64,000 nucleotides of DNA from Patescibacteria group bacterium. GTDB taxonomy: Bacteria > Patescibacteriota > Patescibacteriia > Patescibacteriales > UBA12465. How positions within the stretch are numbered: the stretch's first letter is position 1; each line of letters begins with the position of its first letter. The position numbers were made by a program, and so were the translations under genes. Below, piece by piece: positions 25,045 to 32,876 of the stretch. The stretch lies in NCBI GenBank assembly GCA_049318005.1, contig JBMOHE010000002.1, positions 77,824 to 141,823 on the forward strand, given 5' to 3'. The notes beneath the pieces are model-generated. The model was not told where the DNA came from. It saw nothing but the letters and a program-made list of their open reading frames with translations, and ran no database searches.

Positions 25045-26460
25045 TTAGTTTAGTTCCTGGGGCCCGATTGTAGTGATACACTCGGGCCTTTTTCTTTTTA
25101 AAATACATATAGCGATAATTAATAACACATAATACCCTACTCCGAAATACCAATTAACGTTATCAAAGTTAATCGCCGCCCAAGATGGCGACGCGAGTAG
25201 ATTACTGATAAAAAATATATATTTTAAAATTATATACGGGATTAAGAAAAAAATTAATCCTAAAACAGGGATTAAGGCACTCAAAAATATTGCGATAATT
25301 AAACTAGCTAAGAGCGGCGCAAAAGTCCAAAGGACCAAAACATTCGCCAGCGGCGCGATAACAGATAGTTGCTTAAAGTTAATTAGGGCAATCGGCAAAA
25401 TCACAATCTGCGAGACAAGGGTTAAATTAATCGTATCAATAATATTTTTCAAGAAGTCGTGGGACTTCTTTTTTAAATTCAATTTTTCTAACTTCGCGCG
25501 GGTAATTTCTTCGCCGATTGGATAAATATATATAATTCCTAAGAGCGCTAAGAATGATAATTGAAAACCTATATCGCTCCTGAGTAATAACGGATTAAAG
25601 GCGAGCATTAAGGCGGCCGCAAAGACCAAGGCTTTAATTAGTGAACTATTGCGCTGATAATGAATCGCGACTAACGCTAGTCCACCCATAATTGCCGAAC
25701 GAACCGCTGAGGCTGACAAGCCTGTGATTAATGGGTATAAAATTAGAAAAGAAAAAACTAAATAAAAAGTACGACGACGACTAATTCCGAGATTTAATAA
25801 AAACCCAATAATCATCGCACTTAAAATCGTTATATGAGAACCAGAGATAGCAATCATATGACTTAAACCAACCCTAGAAAATATTGCCAAATCTTCTCTT
25901 AAAACTGTACGGCGATAACCAAAAAGAATTGCGTTCGCGAGACCTGCTTCCGGTTCCGGTAAATATGAATTAACAATTTCGACTAAACTTTGTTTAAACT
26001 TTATTAATTTTTTATAAATATTTTGTTTTAAACTTAAATTCCTTTCAGCTAAACTTATTTTCGGAAAATATATTACCGAATAGATATCATAACGAGCTAA
26101 ATAGTTTTCATAATCAAAACCGTCTATACTCGGTGGTGTTTTTAATTCCCCTTTTACGCTTAAATAATCTCCATAATCATATTCGGGATATAAATTAGTC
26201 GTTAATAATACCTTCCCTTTTGTCTCCCCATTTAGACACAGCGTTAAGCGCCGACTTTTATAGTCCACATCCGCTTCTTCACAAACAAAACCAGTAAAAC
26301 TTAAATTCTTATTATTATAATATGCGATGTCGTCTTTATTTATATCAAGAATAAAAGCATCGCGCTTAAAGCCGATAATAAGTATTAAAATAACAAAAAA
26401 TAAATTTAATATTAGAAATATTTTTGCTTTTGATAAACGGGGCGAAGTTATTTTAAACAT
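25045..26460 (-). CDS. comEC: ComEC/Rec2 family DNA-uptake channel (no metallo-beta-lactamase domain)
   Basis: 471 aa, polytopic; GLSHMIAISGSHITIL competence-domain motif. The N-terminal OB-like region sits before the TM bundle. Confidence 0.8.
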   Translation of the reverse strand: MFKITSPRLSKAKIFLILNLFFVILILIIGFKRDAFILDINKDDIAYYNNKNLSFTGFVCEEADVDYKSRRLTLCLNGETKGKVLLTTNLYPEYDYGDYLSVKGELKTPPSIDGFDYENYLARYDIYSVIYFPKISLAERNLSLKQNIYKKLIKFKQSLVEIVNSYLPEPEAGLANAILFGYRRTVLREDLAIFSRVGLSHMIAISGSHITILSAMIIGFLLNLGISRRRTFYLVFSFLILYPLITGLSASAVRSAIMGGLALVAIHYQRNSSLIKALVFAAALMLAFNPLLLRSDIGFQLSFLALLGIIYIYPIGEEITRAKLEKLNLKKKSHDFLKNIIDTINLTLVSQIVILPIALINFKQLSVIAPLANVLVLWTFAPLLASLIIAIFLSALIPVLGLIFFLIPYIILKYIFFISNLLASPSWAAINFDNVNWYFGVGYYVLLIIAICILKRKRPECITTIGPQELN

Positions 26461-26486
26461 AAAAAAACCGCTATGATTAATAACGG
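26461..26486 (-). terminator. prfB terminator abutting the comEC start codon
   Basis: Minus RNA CCGUUAU-uaauc-AUAGCGG (7 bp, one G.U) followed by U7. It ends at the nucleotide before the comEC ATG (26460). Confidence 0.55.
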
Positions 26487-26530
26487 AATTTTACAATATT
26501 TTGTTTAATGAAAATCTAAAATTATTAAAT

Positions 26531-27640
26531 TTATTTTTTAGAATTGCTCGTCTTTAACCAGCGTAAATATGCTTCCATGAATTTTTCTAAATCACCATCT
26601 AAAACCGCATCAACATTAGAAGTTTCGTAATCATTTCTATGATCTTTAACTAAACGATTGCCGTAAAGAAAATAAGAGCGAATCTGACGGCCCCATTCGG
26701 CCTTAGTTAACTCCCCTTTCAATTTCTTTTCCTCGGCTTCTTTTTCTTCAAGGGCTAACTGATACAATTTAGTTTTCAAAATTTTAAATGCATTTTCCTT
26801 GTTCTGATGCTGCGAACGTTCAGTCTGGCAAGAAATAGTTATGCCTGTCGGGATATGAACTAAGCGAACAGCCGAGTCGGTTGTATTAACGCTCTGTCCG
26901 CCCGGGCCCGAAGAACGAAAGACATCAATTCTAATATCCTCATCTCTGATTACAACCGCATTATCATCTTTTAATTCCGGAATTACTTCAGCGAGCGCAA
27001 AAGAAGTCTGACGTAAACCATCGGCGTTAAACGGAGAGTTTCGAAGTAGTCGATGGACGCCATTTTCACTCTTTAAATAACCATAAGCCCAAGGACCAAT
27101 TATTCGTAAAGTTGAGCTCTTGAGCCCAGCTTCATTACCATAATTTCGGTCTAAAATCTCTATTTTCCAGCCTTGACGCTCCGCAAAGCGTAAATACATT
27201 CGCTCCAGCATCTGAGTCCAATCCTGAGCGTCTACGCCGCCTGTACCGGAATGCAAAGAGATAAAGGCATTATTATTATCATGCTCGCCGGAAAACAAGG
27301 AAAAGAACTCTAAATGCGAAAATTTCTTCTCTAACTCTTCATATTTCGTTTCTAGTTCCTCGGTTAAATCTCCATGAGCCTCCCTTTGCGCTAAAGCCGC
27401 CATTTCTTCCGCGTCTCTAATTTCTGTTTCCATTTCTAACCATTCTTTAATTTCTGAATTTAATTCTTCAGCCTTCTGGCCAATTTTAACAGCCGATTCC
27501 CTGTCGTCCCAAAAATCCGGTTCTGACATCCTTAAGCGAAGTTCGTGCTCTCTAACAACTTTTCTTTCAATATCTAAAAGCGCTTTCGTTTTCAAAAAGC
27601 GTTCCCGCAGTTCTTCTAATTTTTTAATCAGATTTTCCAT
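26531..27640 (-). CDS. prfB: peptide chain release factor 2 (uninterrupted frame)
   Basis: 369 aa; SPF tripeptide (NSPFNADG) and GGQ (SGPGGQSVN). No internal stop or +1 shift site is needed. Confidence 0.93.
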   Translation of the reverse strand: MENLIKKLEELRERFLKTKALLDIERKVVREHELRLRMSEPDFWDDRESAVKIGQKAEELNSEIKEWLEMETEIRDAEEMAALAQREAHGDLTEELETKYEELEKKFSHLEFFSLFSGEHDNNNAFISLHSGTGGVDAQDWTQMLERMYLRFAERQGWKIEILDRNYGNEAGLKSSTLRIIGPWAYGYLKSENGVHRLLRNSPFNADGLRQTSFALAEVIPELKDDNAVVIRDEDIRIDVFRSSGPGGQSVNTTDSAVRLVHIPTGITISCQTERSQHQNKENAFKILKTKLYQLALEEKEAEEKKLKGELTKAEWGRQIRSYFLYGNRLVKDHRNDYETSNVDAVLDGDLEKFMEAYLRWLKTSNSKK

Positions 27641-27673
27641 ACAAGATAATTATATCATTGTTTATGGGATAAA

Positions 27674-27711
27674 TAAAAAGACCCCAAATTACTTTGTGTA
27701 ATAAGGGGCCT
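27674..27711 (-). terminator. rho-independent terminator of the 204-aa gene
   Basis: Minus RNA GGCCCCUUAUUAC-acaaa-GUAAUUUGGGGUC (imperfect) followed by U5. Confidence 0.6.
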
Positions 27712-27735
27712 GAAAAAAATTAGATTCGAATAGTC

Positions 27736-28350
27736 TTAAGTTAGTATAGCGGCGTAATCATTAGGACCAAAAAGCTGTTCTAAACAACGACAATCCCACG
27801 TCCACTTAGAACCATCCTCACAGAGACAGCGGACATAAAGATGTTCATTTGCAGAATAAATAGTTCCCCAAAAGAAAACACGTTTATTTCTCCAGTCTTT
27901 AGGAATGAGTTTTGGATTAGCCAATAAATAGTCAAGGACATTAGCGTTCAGTACGGCCTCAGAATTAATTTCATTACGTAAATCTATTCCCGAAGGAATT
28001 CCACTTTTTTGCACGCTGGACAGGTAAAGAGAAATATCCACTGAACAAAAGTCTATAACCCCATGCCATGAATGCGTTGCAAGTTTCAATATTTCTGGGA
28101 CATAAGGGGCTGCTCCACAATCGATAAAATACTTAAAATATTCTATTGAAGCAATACCCGAAACGACATCTAAATGACGAGCTGATTTACCTTCAATAAT
28201 AATACTCTGCATTACCTCAAGAGCATCTTCATAAGAAACATTTCCCTTTTCAATCCTTTTAACGATTTCATTCGTTTTTACTTGTAACTTTCCGATTTCG
28301 TCGGCGGTAAGTTTTCTTTTTTCGTCTTTAACAGAGTTTCCCGTTTTCAT
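27736..28350 (-). CDS. hypothetical protein (orphan, Cys-rich C-terminus)
   Basis: 204-aa ORF with its own promoter and terminator. C-terminus: VFFWGTIYSANEHLYVRCLCEDGSKWTWDCRCLEQLF. No family recognised. Confidence 0.65.
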   Translation of the reverse strand: MKTGNSVKDEKRKLTADEIGKLQVKTNEIVKRIEKGNVSYEDALEVMQSIIIEGKSARHLDVVSGIASIEYFKYFIDCGAAPYVPEILKLATHSWHGVIDFCSVDISLYLSSVQKSGIPSGIDLRNEINSEAVLNANVLDYLLANPKLIPKDWRNKRVFFWGTIYSANEHLYVRCLCEDGSKWTWDCRCLEQLFGPNDYAAILT

Positions 28351-28397
28351 GACAAATAAATTTTTGATTATACTGTTCTCAAATCTTAGTTGATTTT

Positions 28398-28444
28398 GCT
28401 ACAGCTAAAAATTATCTAATTTATAAATATCTTTTAGCTGTAGC
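28398..28444. promoter_or_regulatory. perfect 13-bp inverted repeat (operator or 5'-UTR hairpin)
   Basis: GCTACAGCTAAAA (28398-28410), 21 nt, TTTTAGCTGTAGC (28432-28444). Located 48-94 nt upstream of the 27736-28350 start. Confidence 0.55.
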
Positions 28445-28476
28445 GAATATTTTTTAAAGTTCAATGTTTTCAAATT

Positions 28477-28505
28477 AATTTATCATTTTTTATAAATTAC
28501 GTCAA
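28477..28505 (-). promoter_or_regulatory. putative promoter of the 204-aa gene
   Basis: Minus strand: TTGACG, taatttataaaaaATGa (17 nt), TAAATT. Confidence 0.5.
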
Positions 28506-28511
28506 TACTAA

Positions 28512-28546
28512 CAAAAAGAGCTCTGATAACAGAACTCTTTTTTTTT
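28512..28546. terminator. terminator of the alpha/rpsI operon (bidirectional shape)
   Basis: AGAGCTCTG-ataa-CAGAACTCT (9 bp, with a G.U on the minus RNA), flanked by A5 and T9. Confidence 0.75.
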
Positions 28547-28566
28547 GATATTTGAAATATTTGAGA

Positions 28567-29064
28567 TTAACGTTTTGACCATTGTGGAGCCTTTCTCGCT
28601 TTGCGTAAACCCGGTTTCTTTCTTTCAACTTGTCTTGGGTCACGAGTTAAATAGTTATTAACTTTTAAAGCTTCTTTAGTTTCCGGGAATAAGGCGAAAA
28701 TAGTACGAGCGATACCTAAACGAACGGCATCAATCTGACCCATTTTACCACCACCAGAAACGATGATTGAAAAATTATAATCACGTAAATGAGCAGTAAC
28801 TTTTAATGGTTGAACAATTAAGTTAAAACCATCGCCAGGAAAATATTCAGTCGCACGTTTACCATTAATCATGATAACACCTTTACCATTTTCATATAAA
28901 CGAACTTGAGCAACAGCTTGTTTACGGCGTCCAACTGCTTTTGTATAATTACCAATAAACTCAGCAGTTTCATTTTTTGCCCAATCCTTTTCTTCCTCTA
29001 AATTATCGAGTTCAGTAATCGCGATAATTTCATCTTGGGAATCTTGTATCTTTTTTTCTGCCAT
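28567..29064 (-). CDS. rpsI: 30S ribosomal protein S9 with acidic N-terminal extension
   Basis: 165 aa; core GRRKQAVAQVRL...ends RKAPQWSKR. About 35 extra N-terminal aa. Confidence 0.93.
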   Translation of the reverse strand: MAEKKIQDSQDEIIAITELDNLEEEKDWAKNETAEFIGNYTKAVGRRKQAVAQVRLYENGKGVIMINGKRATEYFPGDGFNLIVQPLKVTAHLRDYNFSIIVSGGGKMGQIDAVRLGIARTIFALFPETKEALKVNNYLTRDPRQVERKKPGLRKARKAPQWSKR

Positions 29065-29065
29065 A

Positions 29066-29425
29066 TTATTTAATAATAATTAATCTTTTTAACATCGCAT
29101 CGCGAAGTTTAGTAGGTGGTAACATGTCGCGTACAGCACGATATAAAACATCACCTGGATCTTTATCAAATACAACTGACATTTTTTTACTCTTTAAACC
29201 ACCTAAGTAGCCAGAATAATGATGATATTGTTTCTGATCTAATTTTTTACCAGTGAATCTCATTTTAGAAATATTTTTTACTTCAACAATATCACCCATA
29301 TCTAAATGAGCCTGATATTCTGGTTTATTTTTACCACGTAAAATTGTAGCAATTTTAGTAGCGAAACGACCAACAGTTAAGTCAGTAGCGTCTAGTTGAT
29401 GTAATTTTCTTACAATATTTGTCAT
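29066..29425 (-). CDS. rplM: 50S ribosomal protein L13 (short form)
   Basis: 119 aa; LDATDLTVGRFATKIATILRGKNKPEY... Confidence 0.9.
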   Translation of the reverse strand: MTNIVRKLHQLDATDLTVGRFATKIATILRGKNKPEYQAHLDMGDIVEVKNISKMRFTGKKLDQKQYHHYSGYLGGLKSKKMSVVFDKDPGDVLYRAVRDMLPPTKLRDAMLKRLIIIK

Positions 29426-29429
29426 ATAA

Positions 29430-29780
29430 TTATACTAATTCAATTTGCACCATTTCGGCACCATCGCCGGCGCGAACACCTAATTTAGTAGTACGAGTAT
29501 AGCCACCCGGACGAGTTTTATAGCGAACACCTAAAACTTCAATTGCTTTCTTTACAGCATTTTTCTGAAGTAGGACTTTGATCAAACCACGACGAGCAGC
29601 CAAATCACCAGCCTTAGAGGAAGTAATTAACTTCTCAACTAATGGTCTAACAGCCTGAGCTTTTGCTTTAGTAGTCTTAACTTTTTCGTATATTAAAATA
29701 CTTGAAGCTAAGTTACGTAACATTAACTCTCTTGGTCCTTTCTTTCTATCTAAAATTTTGTTTTTATTTCTGTGACGCAT
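29430..29780 (-). CDS. rplQ: 50S ribosomal protein L17
   Basis: 116 aa; MRHRNKNKILDRKKGPRELMLRNLASSL. Confidence 0.93.
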   Translation of the reverse strand: MRHRNKNKILDRKKGPRELMLRNLASSILIYEKVKTTKAKAQAVRPLVEKLITSSKAGDLAARRGLIKVLLQKNAVKKAIEVLGVRYKTRPGGYTRTTKLGVRAGDGAEMVQIELV

Positions 29781-29798
29781 ATCAACTAGGGTTACTAA

Positions 29799-30629
29799 TT
29801 ATTTTTTAGCTTTCTTTTTAGTTTCTTTTTTTTCTTTTTTTTCAACTACGACAGCTTCTTCCTCATCTTCAGTTTCATCGGCCACTTCAGGCATAGATAC
29901 TTCTTCAATATCAGCTTCAAGAATTTCTTCTTTTTTAGCCATTGCTCCTGGGATTAAAGCGCTATATTGATCAACCAAGATTTTTACAGCTTCATTAAAA
30001 GCATTTTCAGGAGTAATTGTGCCGTCAGTTTTTACATTTAAAATTAATTTGTCCCAATTAGTCATTTTACCAACACGAGTATTTTCAACACTGCTGGAAA
30101 CGATAACTACTGGAGAAAACATAGAATCGATTTCGATATATCCAATTTCACGATTTTCTTTTTTAGCTCCTTCTGGCATTTTATAACCACGACCTTCTTT
30201 TACAACAATTTCCATTTCTAAACTACCAGCCTCATCAGTGATGTTAGCAATAACTAACTCAGGATTTTTAATTTCAACTTGGCTGTTTTTAGCAATATCA
30301 CCCGCAGTTACAACTTTTTTACCCTTAACTTTTAACTCTAGACGAACTTCTTCGTCAGTATGTATTTTAAGACGTACTTGTTTCAAGTTTAAAATCATTT
30401 CTAAAACATCTTCTTTAACATGAGGTAAAGCCATAAATTCATGACTCGCACCTTTAATTTTAGCGCCGATAACGGCAGCTCCTGGTAAAGATGATAACAA
30501 GACTCGGCGTAAAGAGTTGCCTAAAGTCATGCCGTAACCTGGAAATAAAGGATCAACTGTAATGATTCCTTCGTTAAGGTTTTCACCTGTTTTAAAATCA
30601 ATTTTTTTAGGTAAAGCAATGTTTTGCAT
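29799..30629 (-). CDS. rpoA: DNA-directed RNA polymerase alpha subunit, N-terminal domain only
   Basis: 276 aa. The NTD (LGNSLRRVLLSSLPGAAV...VKILVDQYSALI) is followed by a 50-aa E/K low-complexity tail. No HhH CTD. Confidence 0.9.
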   Translation of the reverse strand: MQNIALPKKIDFKTGENLNEGIITVDPLFPGYGMTLGNSLRRVLLSSLPGAAVIGAKIKGASHEFMALPHVKEDVLEMILNLKQVRLKIHTDEEVRLELKVKGKKVVTAGDIAKNSQVEIKNPELVIANITDEAGSLEMEIVVKEGRGYKMPEGAKKENREIGYIEIDSMFSPVVIVSSSVENTRVGKMTNWDKLILNVKTDGTITPENAFNEAVKILVDQYSALIPGAMAKKEEILEADIEEVSMPEVADETEDEEEAVVVEKKEKKETKKKAKK

Positions 30630-30677
30630 AGATAATGCGGCCTAAAGTGAATAAAAATCCACTTCAAAGCAATTAGT

Positions 30678-31307
30678 TTATTTTGAGTAATACTCAATAA
30701 TCATTTGAACGTTAATGTTTTGTGGTAAATCAGTGTCTTTTGGTTCATGTAAAGCCTTAGCACTTAAATCCTTAACATCAAGATTCAACCAGCTTGGTCT
30801 TTCTGATTTCTTTAATTTTTCTCCAAGATTCTTAAAGAAACGATTTGATAGACTGCTCTTTCTAATTTTAATAACTTGACCTAATTTAACAGAAAAGGAA
30901 GGGATATCAGTTTTTCTATCGTTAACAGTAAAATGTCCATGAGCAACTAATTGACGAGCTTGAGCACGGGATGAAGCCCAGCCCAAACGATAAATAACAT
31001 TATCAAGACGCATTTCAAGTAATCTCAAGAAATTCTTACCAGCATCACCTTGTTTTGTAGAAGCCTTAGCATAAGTCAAACGGAATTGTTTTTCAAGCAA
31101 GCCGTAATATTTCTTAGCTTTTTGTTTTTCTTGTAATTGTAAACCGTAATCGCTCAAACGTTTATGACCTTTAGGGCCATGAAAACCAGGAGCGTAGTTA
31201 CGCTTAATCATCGCGCATTTAGGAGTAGTACATCTATCCCCCTTAAGGAATAACTTTTCTCCAATACGACGACATTGTTTACATTTATTATCAATATTTC
31301 TTCCCAT
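30678..31307 (-). CDS. rpsD: 30S ribosomal protein S4 (zinc-finger form)
   Basis: 209 aa; CKQCRRIGEKLFLKGDRCTTPKC; S4 domain. Confidence 0.95.
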   Translation of the reverse strand: MGRNIDNKCKQCRRIGEKLFLKGDRCTTPKCAMIKRNYAPGFHGPKGHKRLSDYGLQLQEKQKAKKYYGLLEKQFRLTYAKASTKQGDAGKNFLRLLEMRLDNVIYRLGWASSRAQARQLVAHGHFTVNDRKTDIPSFSVKLGQVIKIRKSSLSNRFFKNLGEKLKKSERPSWLNLDVKDLSAKALHEPKDTDLPQNINVQMIIEYYSK

Positions 31308-31318
31308 ATTATTTTATA

Positions 31319-31903
31319 TTAGACGCGACGTGGTTTTTTAGGACGACAGCCATTATGAGGAACCGGAGTTACATCTTTAATAGCGGACACGTCTAAACCG
31401 TTAGCATTTAAAGCGCGGATAGCCGCTTCACGGCCAGTACCTACACCAGAAACGAATACGCTAACTTCTTGCAAACCGTATTCTTCTTTGGCTTTTTGCG
31501 CAGCAATTTTTGTAATAATTTGAGCAGCGTAAGGAGTAGCTTTCTTAGCACCCTTAAAACCAGCTAAACCAGCACTTGCCCAAGAAATAACATCGCCATT
31601 AGTATCAGTTAAAGTAATCATGGTGTTGTTATATGTGGCTTGGATATAAGCGCGGCCAACCTTAACAACTCGAGCAGTTTTCTTCTTTTTCTTCTTGATT
31701 AATTTCTTTTTTGCTCTAGCCTGCTTATTTTTTTCTAATTTTTGTTTGATTTCTTCAGGCAATTCATCGTCACTAGAATCAAAAGAAAAACCTTCGCTCT
31801 CCTTTTCTTCTTTTTCTTCCTTGATTTCAGCCTTAAGCTCAGGAACTTTTTTTAATTCCTTAGTTTCTTCGCTTTTTGCCTCTTTTTTTACTTCTTCAGA
31901 CAT
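31319..31903 (-). CDS. rpsK: 30S ribosomal protein S11 with about 70-aa K/E-rich N-terminal extension
   Basis: 194 aa; core [18 protein letters not shown]...[13 protein letters not shown]. Confidence 0.93.
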   Translation of the reverse strand: MSEEVKKEAKSEETKELKKVPELKAEIKEEKEEKESEGFSFDSSDDELPEEIKQKLEKNKQARAKKKLIKKKKKKTARVVKVGRAYIQATYNNTMITLTDTNGDVISWASAGLAGFKGAKKATPYAAQIITKIAAQKAKEEYGLQEVSVFVSGVGTGREAAIRALNANGLDVSAIKDVTPVPHNGCRPKKPRRV

Positions 31904-31923
31904 ATTTTAATCTTTATAAATGA

Positions 31924-32319
31924 TTAGGTCTTTTGTAATCCAGCCTTAGATTTACCGCTACCCATAGTAACACGTTTATTGCCACGAACAGTTCGGCTAT
32001 TAGTCTTAGTTCTCTGACCTCTAACTGGCAAATGTTTAGCATGACGTAGGCCACGATAACAACCAATTTCTTTTAAGCGTTTAATGTTACTTGCAACTTC
32101 ACGTCTTAAGTCACCTTCAACTGTATATTTCTTTTCAACAATTTCTCTTAAACGATTAACTTCTTCTTCTTTAAGGTCTTTAACTCTTGTATCTTTATTA
32201 ACCTTGGCCTCAACTAAAACCTTATTGGATCTATTTTGACCAACGCCGTGGATATAAGTTAGAGCAATTTCTACTCTTTTGTCTAAGGGAATATTTACTC
32301 CCGCAATTCTTACTGCCAT
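31924..32319 (-). CDS. rpsM: 30S ribosomal protein S13
   Basis: 131 aa; [27 protein letters not shown]. Confidence 0.95.
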   Translation of the reverse strand: MAVRIAGVNIPLDKRVEIALTYIHGVGQNRSNKVLVEAKVNKDTRVKDLKEEEVNRLREIVEKKYTVEGDLRREVASNIKRLKEIGCYRGLRHAKHLPVRGQRTKTNSRTVRGNKRVTMGSGKSKAGLQKT

Positions 32320-32331
32320 AAATATAATAAG

Positions 32332-32445
32332 TTACCCCTGTCTTTGTTTATGTTTAGGGTTTTTGCAAATTACGTGGACACGGCCTTTGCGGCGCACCAC
32401 TTTACAATCCTTGCAAATTTTTTTAGCACTGGCTCTTACCTTCAT
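32332..32445 (-). CDS. rpmJ: 50S ribosomal protein L36 (zinc form)
   Basis: Hand-translated 37 aa: [37 protein letters not shown]. Below the ORF-track cutoff. Confidence 0.93.
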   Translation of the reverse strand: MKVRASAKKICKDCKVVRRKGRVHVICKNPKHKQRQG

Positions 32446-32486
32446 ATTAAAAATCTTAATTTAATTAAGCTAGAAACGATTCATCA

Positions 32487-32744
32487 TTAGAGGCGGTAAA
32501 TAATACGGCCCTTAGTTAAATCGTAGGGACTAATCTGCAGTTTAACTTTATCACCTGGCAACAAGCGAATTTTGTTCATTCTCATTTTTCCTGATAAATG
32601 CGCGAGAATTTCATGGCCATTTTCTAGATTAACTCTAAAACTAGCAGCCGGCATTAACTCAAGGACTTCGCCCTGAATCTCAATAAAGTCCTTAGCATTA
32701 AGCGTTGATGAACTATCACTTGTCTTCTTATTGTCTTTTGACAT
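32487..32744 (-). CDS. infA: translation initiation factor IF-1
   Basis: The track start at 32750 is a GTG. The first ATG, at 32744, gives MSKDNKK... S1-like core: [35 protein letters not shown]. Confidence 0.9.
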   Translation of the reverse strand: MSKDNKKTSDSSSTLNAKDFIEIQGEVLELMPAASFRVNLENGHEILAHLSGKMRMNKIRLLPGDKVKLQISPYDLTKGRIIYRL

Positions 32745-32750
32745 TAACAC

Positions 32751-32788
32751 AAAAAAATTTGATAAAGAATTTTGTCAACTTTATCAAA
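32751..32788 (-). promoter_or_regulatory. terminator-like hairpin plus U7 in the infA leader
   Basis: Minus RNA UUUGAUAAAG-uugacaaaauu-CUUUAUCAAA (perfect 10 bp), then U7, then 6 nt, then the ATG. Confidence 0.5.
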
Positions 32789-32836
32789 ATCTATTATAAA
32801 AAATTAATTTTTTCTAATAATATTCTTAATAAAACT

Positions 32837-32865
32837 ATTATAGAGATAAGTATTCAAGTTGTCAA
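32837..32865 (-). promoter_or_regulatory. consensus sigma-70 promoter of the infA-alpha operon
   Basis: Minus strand: TTGACA, 17 nt, TATAAT (both hexamers perfect). Lies 12 nt after the alaS stop. Confidence 0.65.
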
Positions 32866-32876
32866 GGGAGGATAAG

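Noticed and set aside
26531-27640. A programmed +1 frameshift in prfB, or UGA recoding (alternative genetic code).
   Set aside because: The RF2 frame is uninterrupted for 369 aa with SPF and GGQ motifs. RF2 is present, all long ORFs are intact under the standard bacterial code, and TGA terminates the ORF at 25022-25024. The standard code, with no frameshift, fits.
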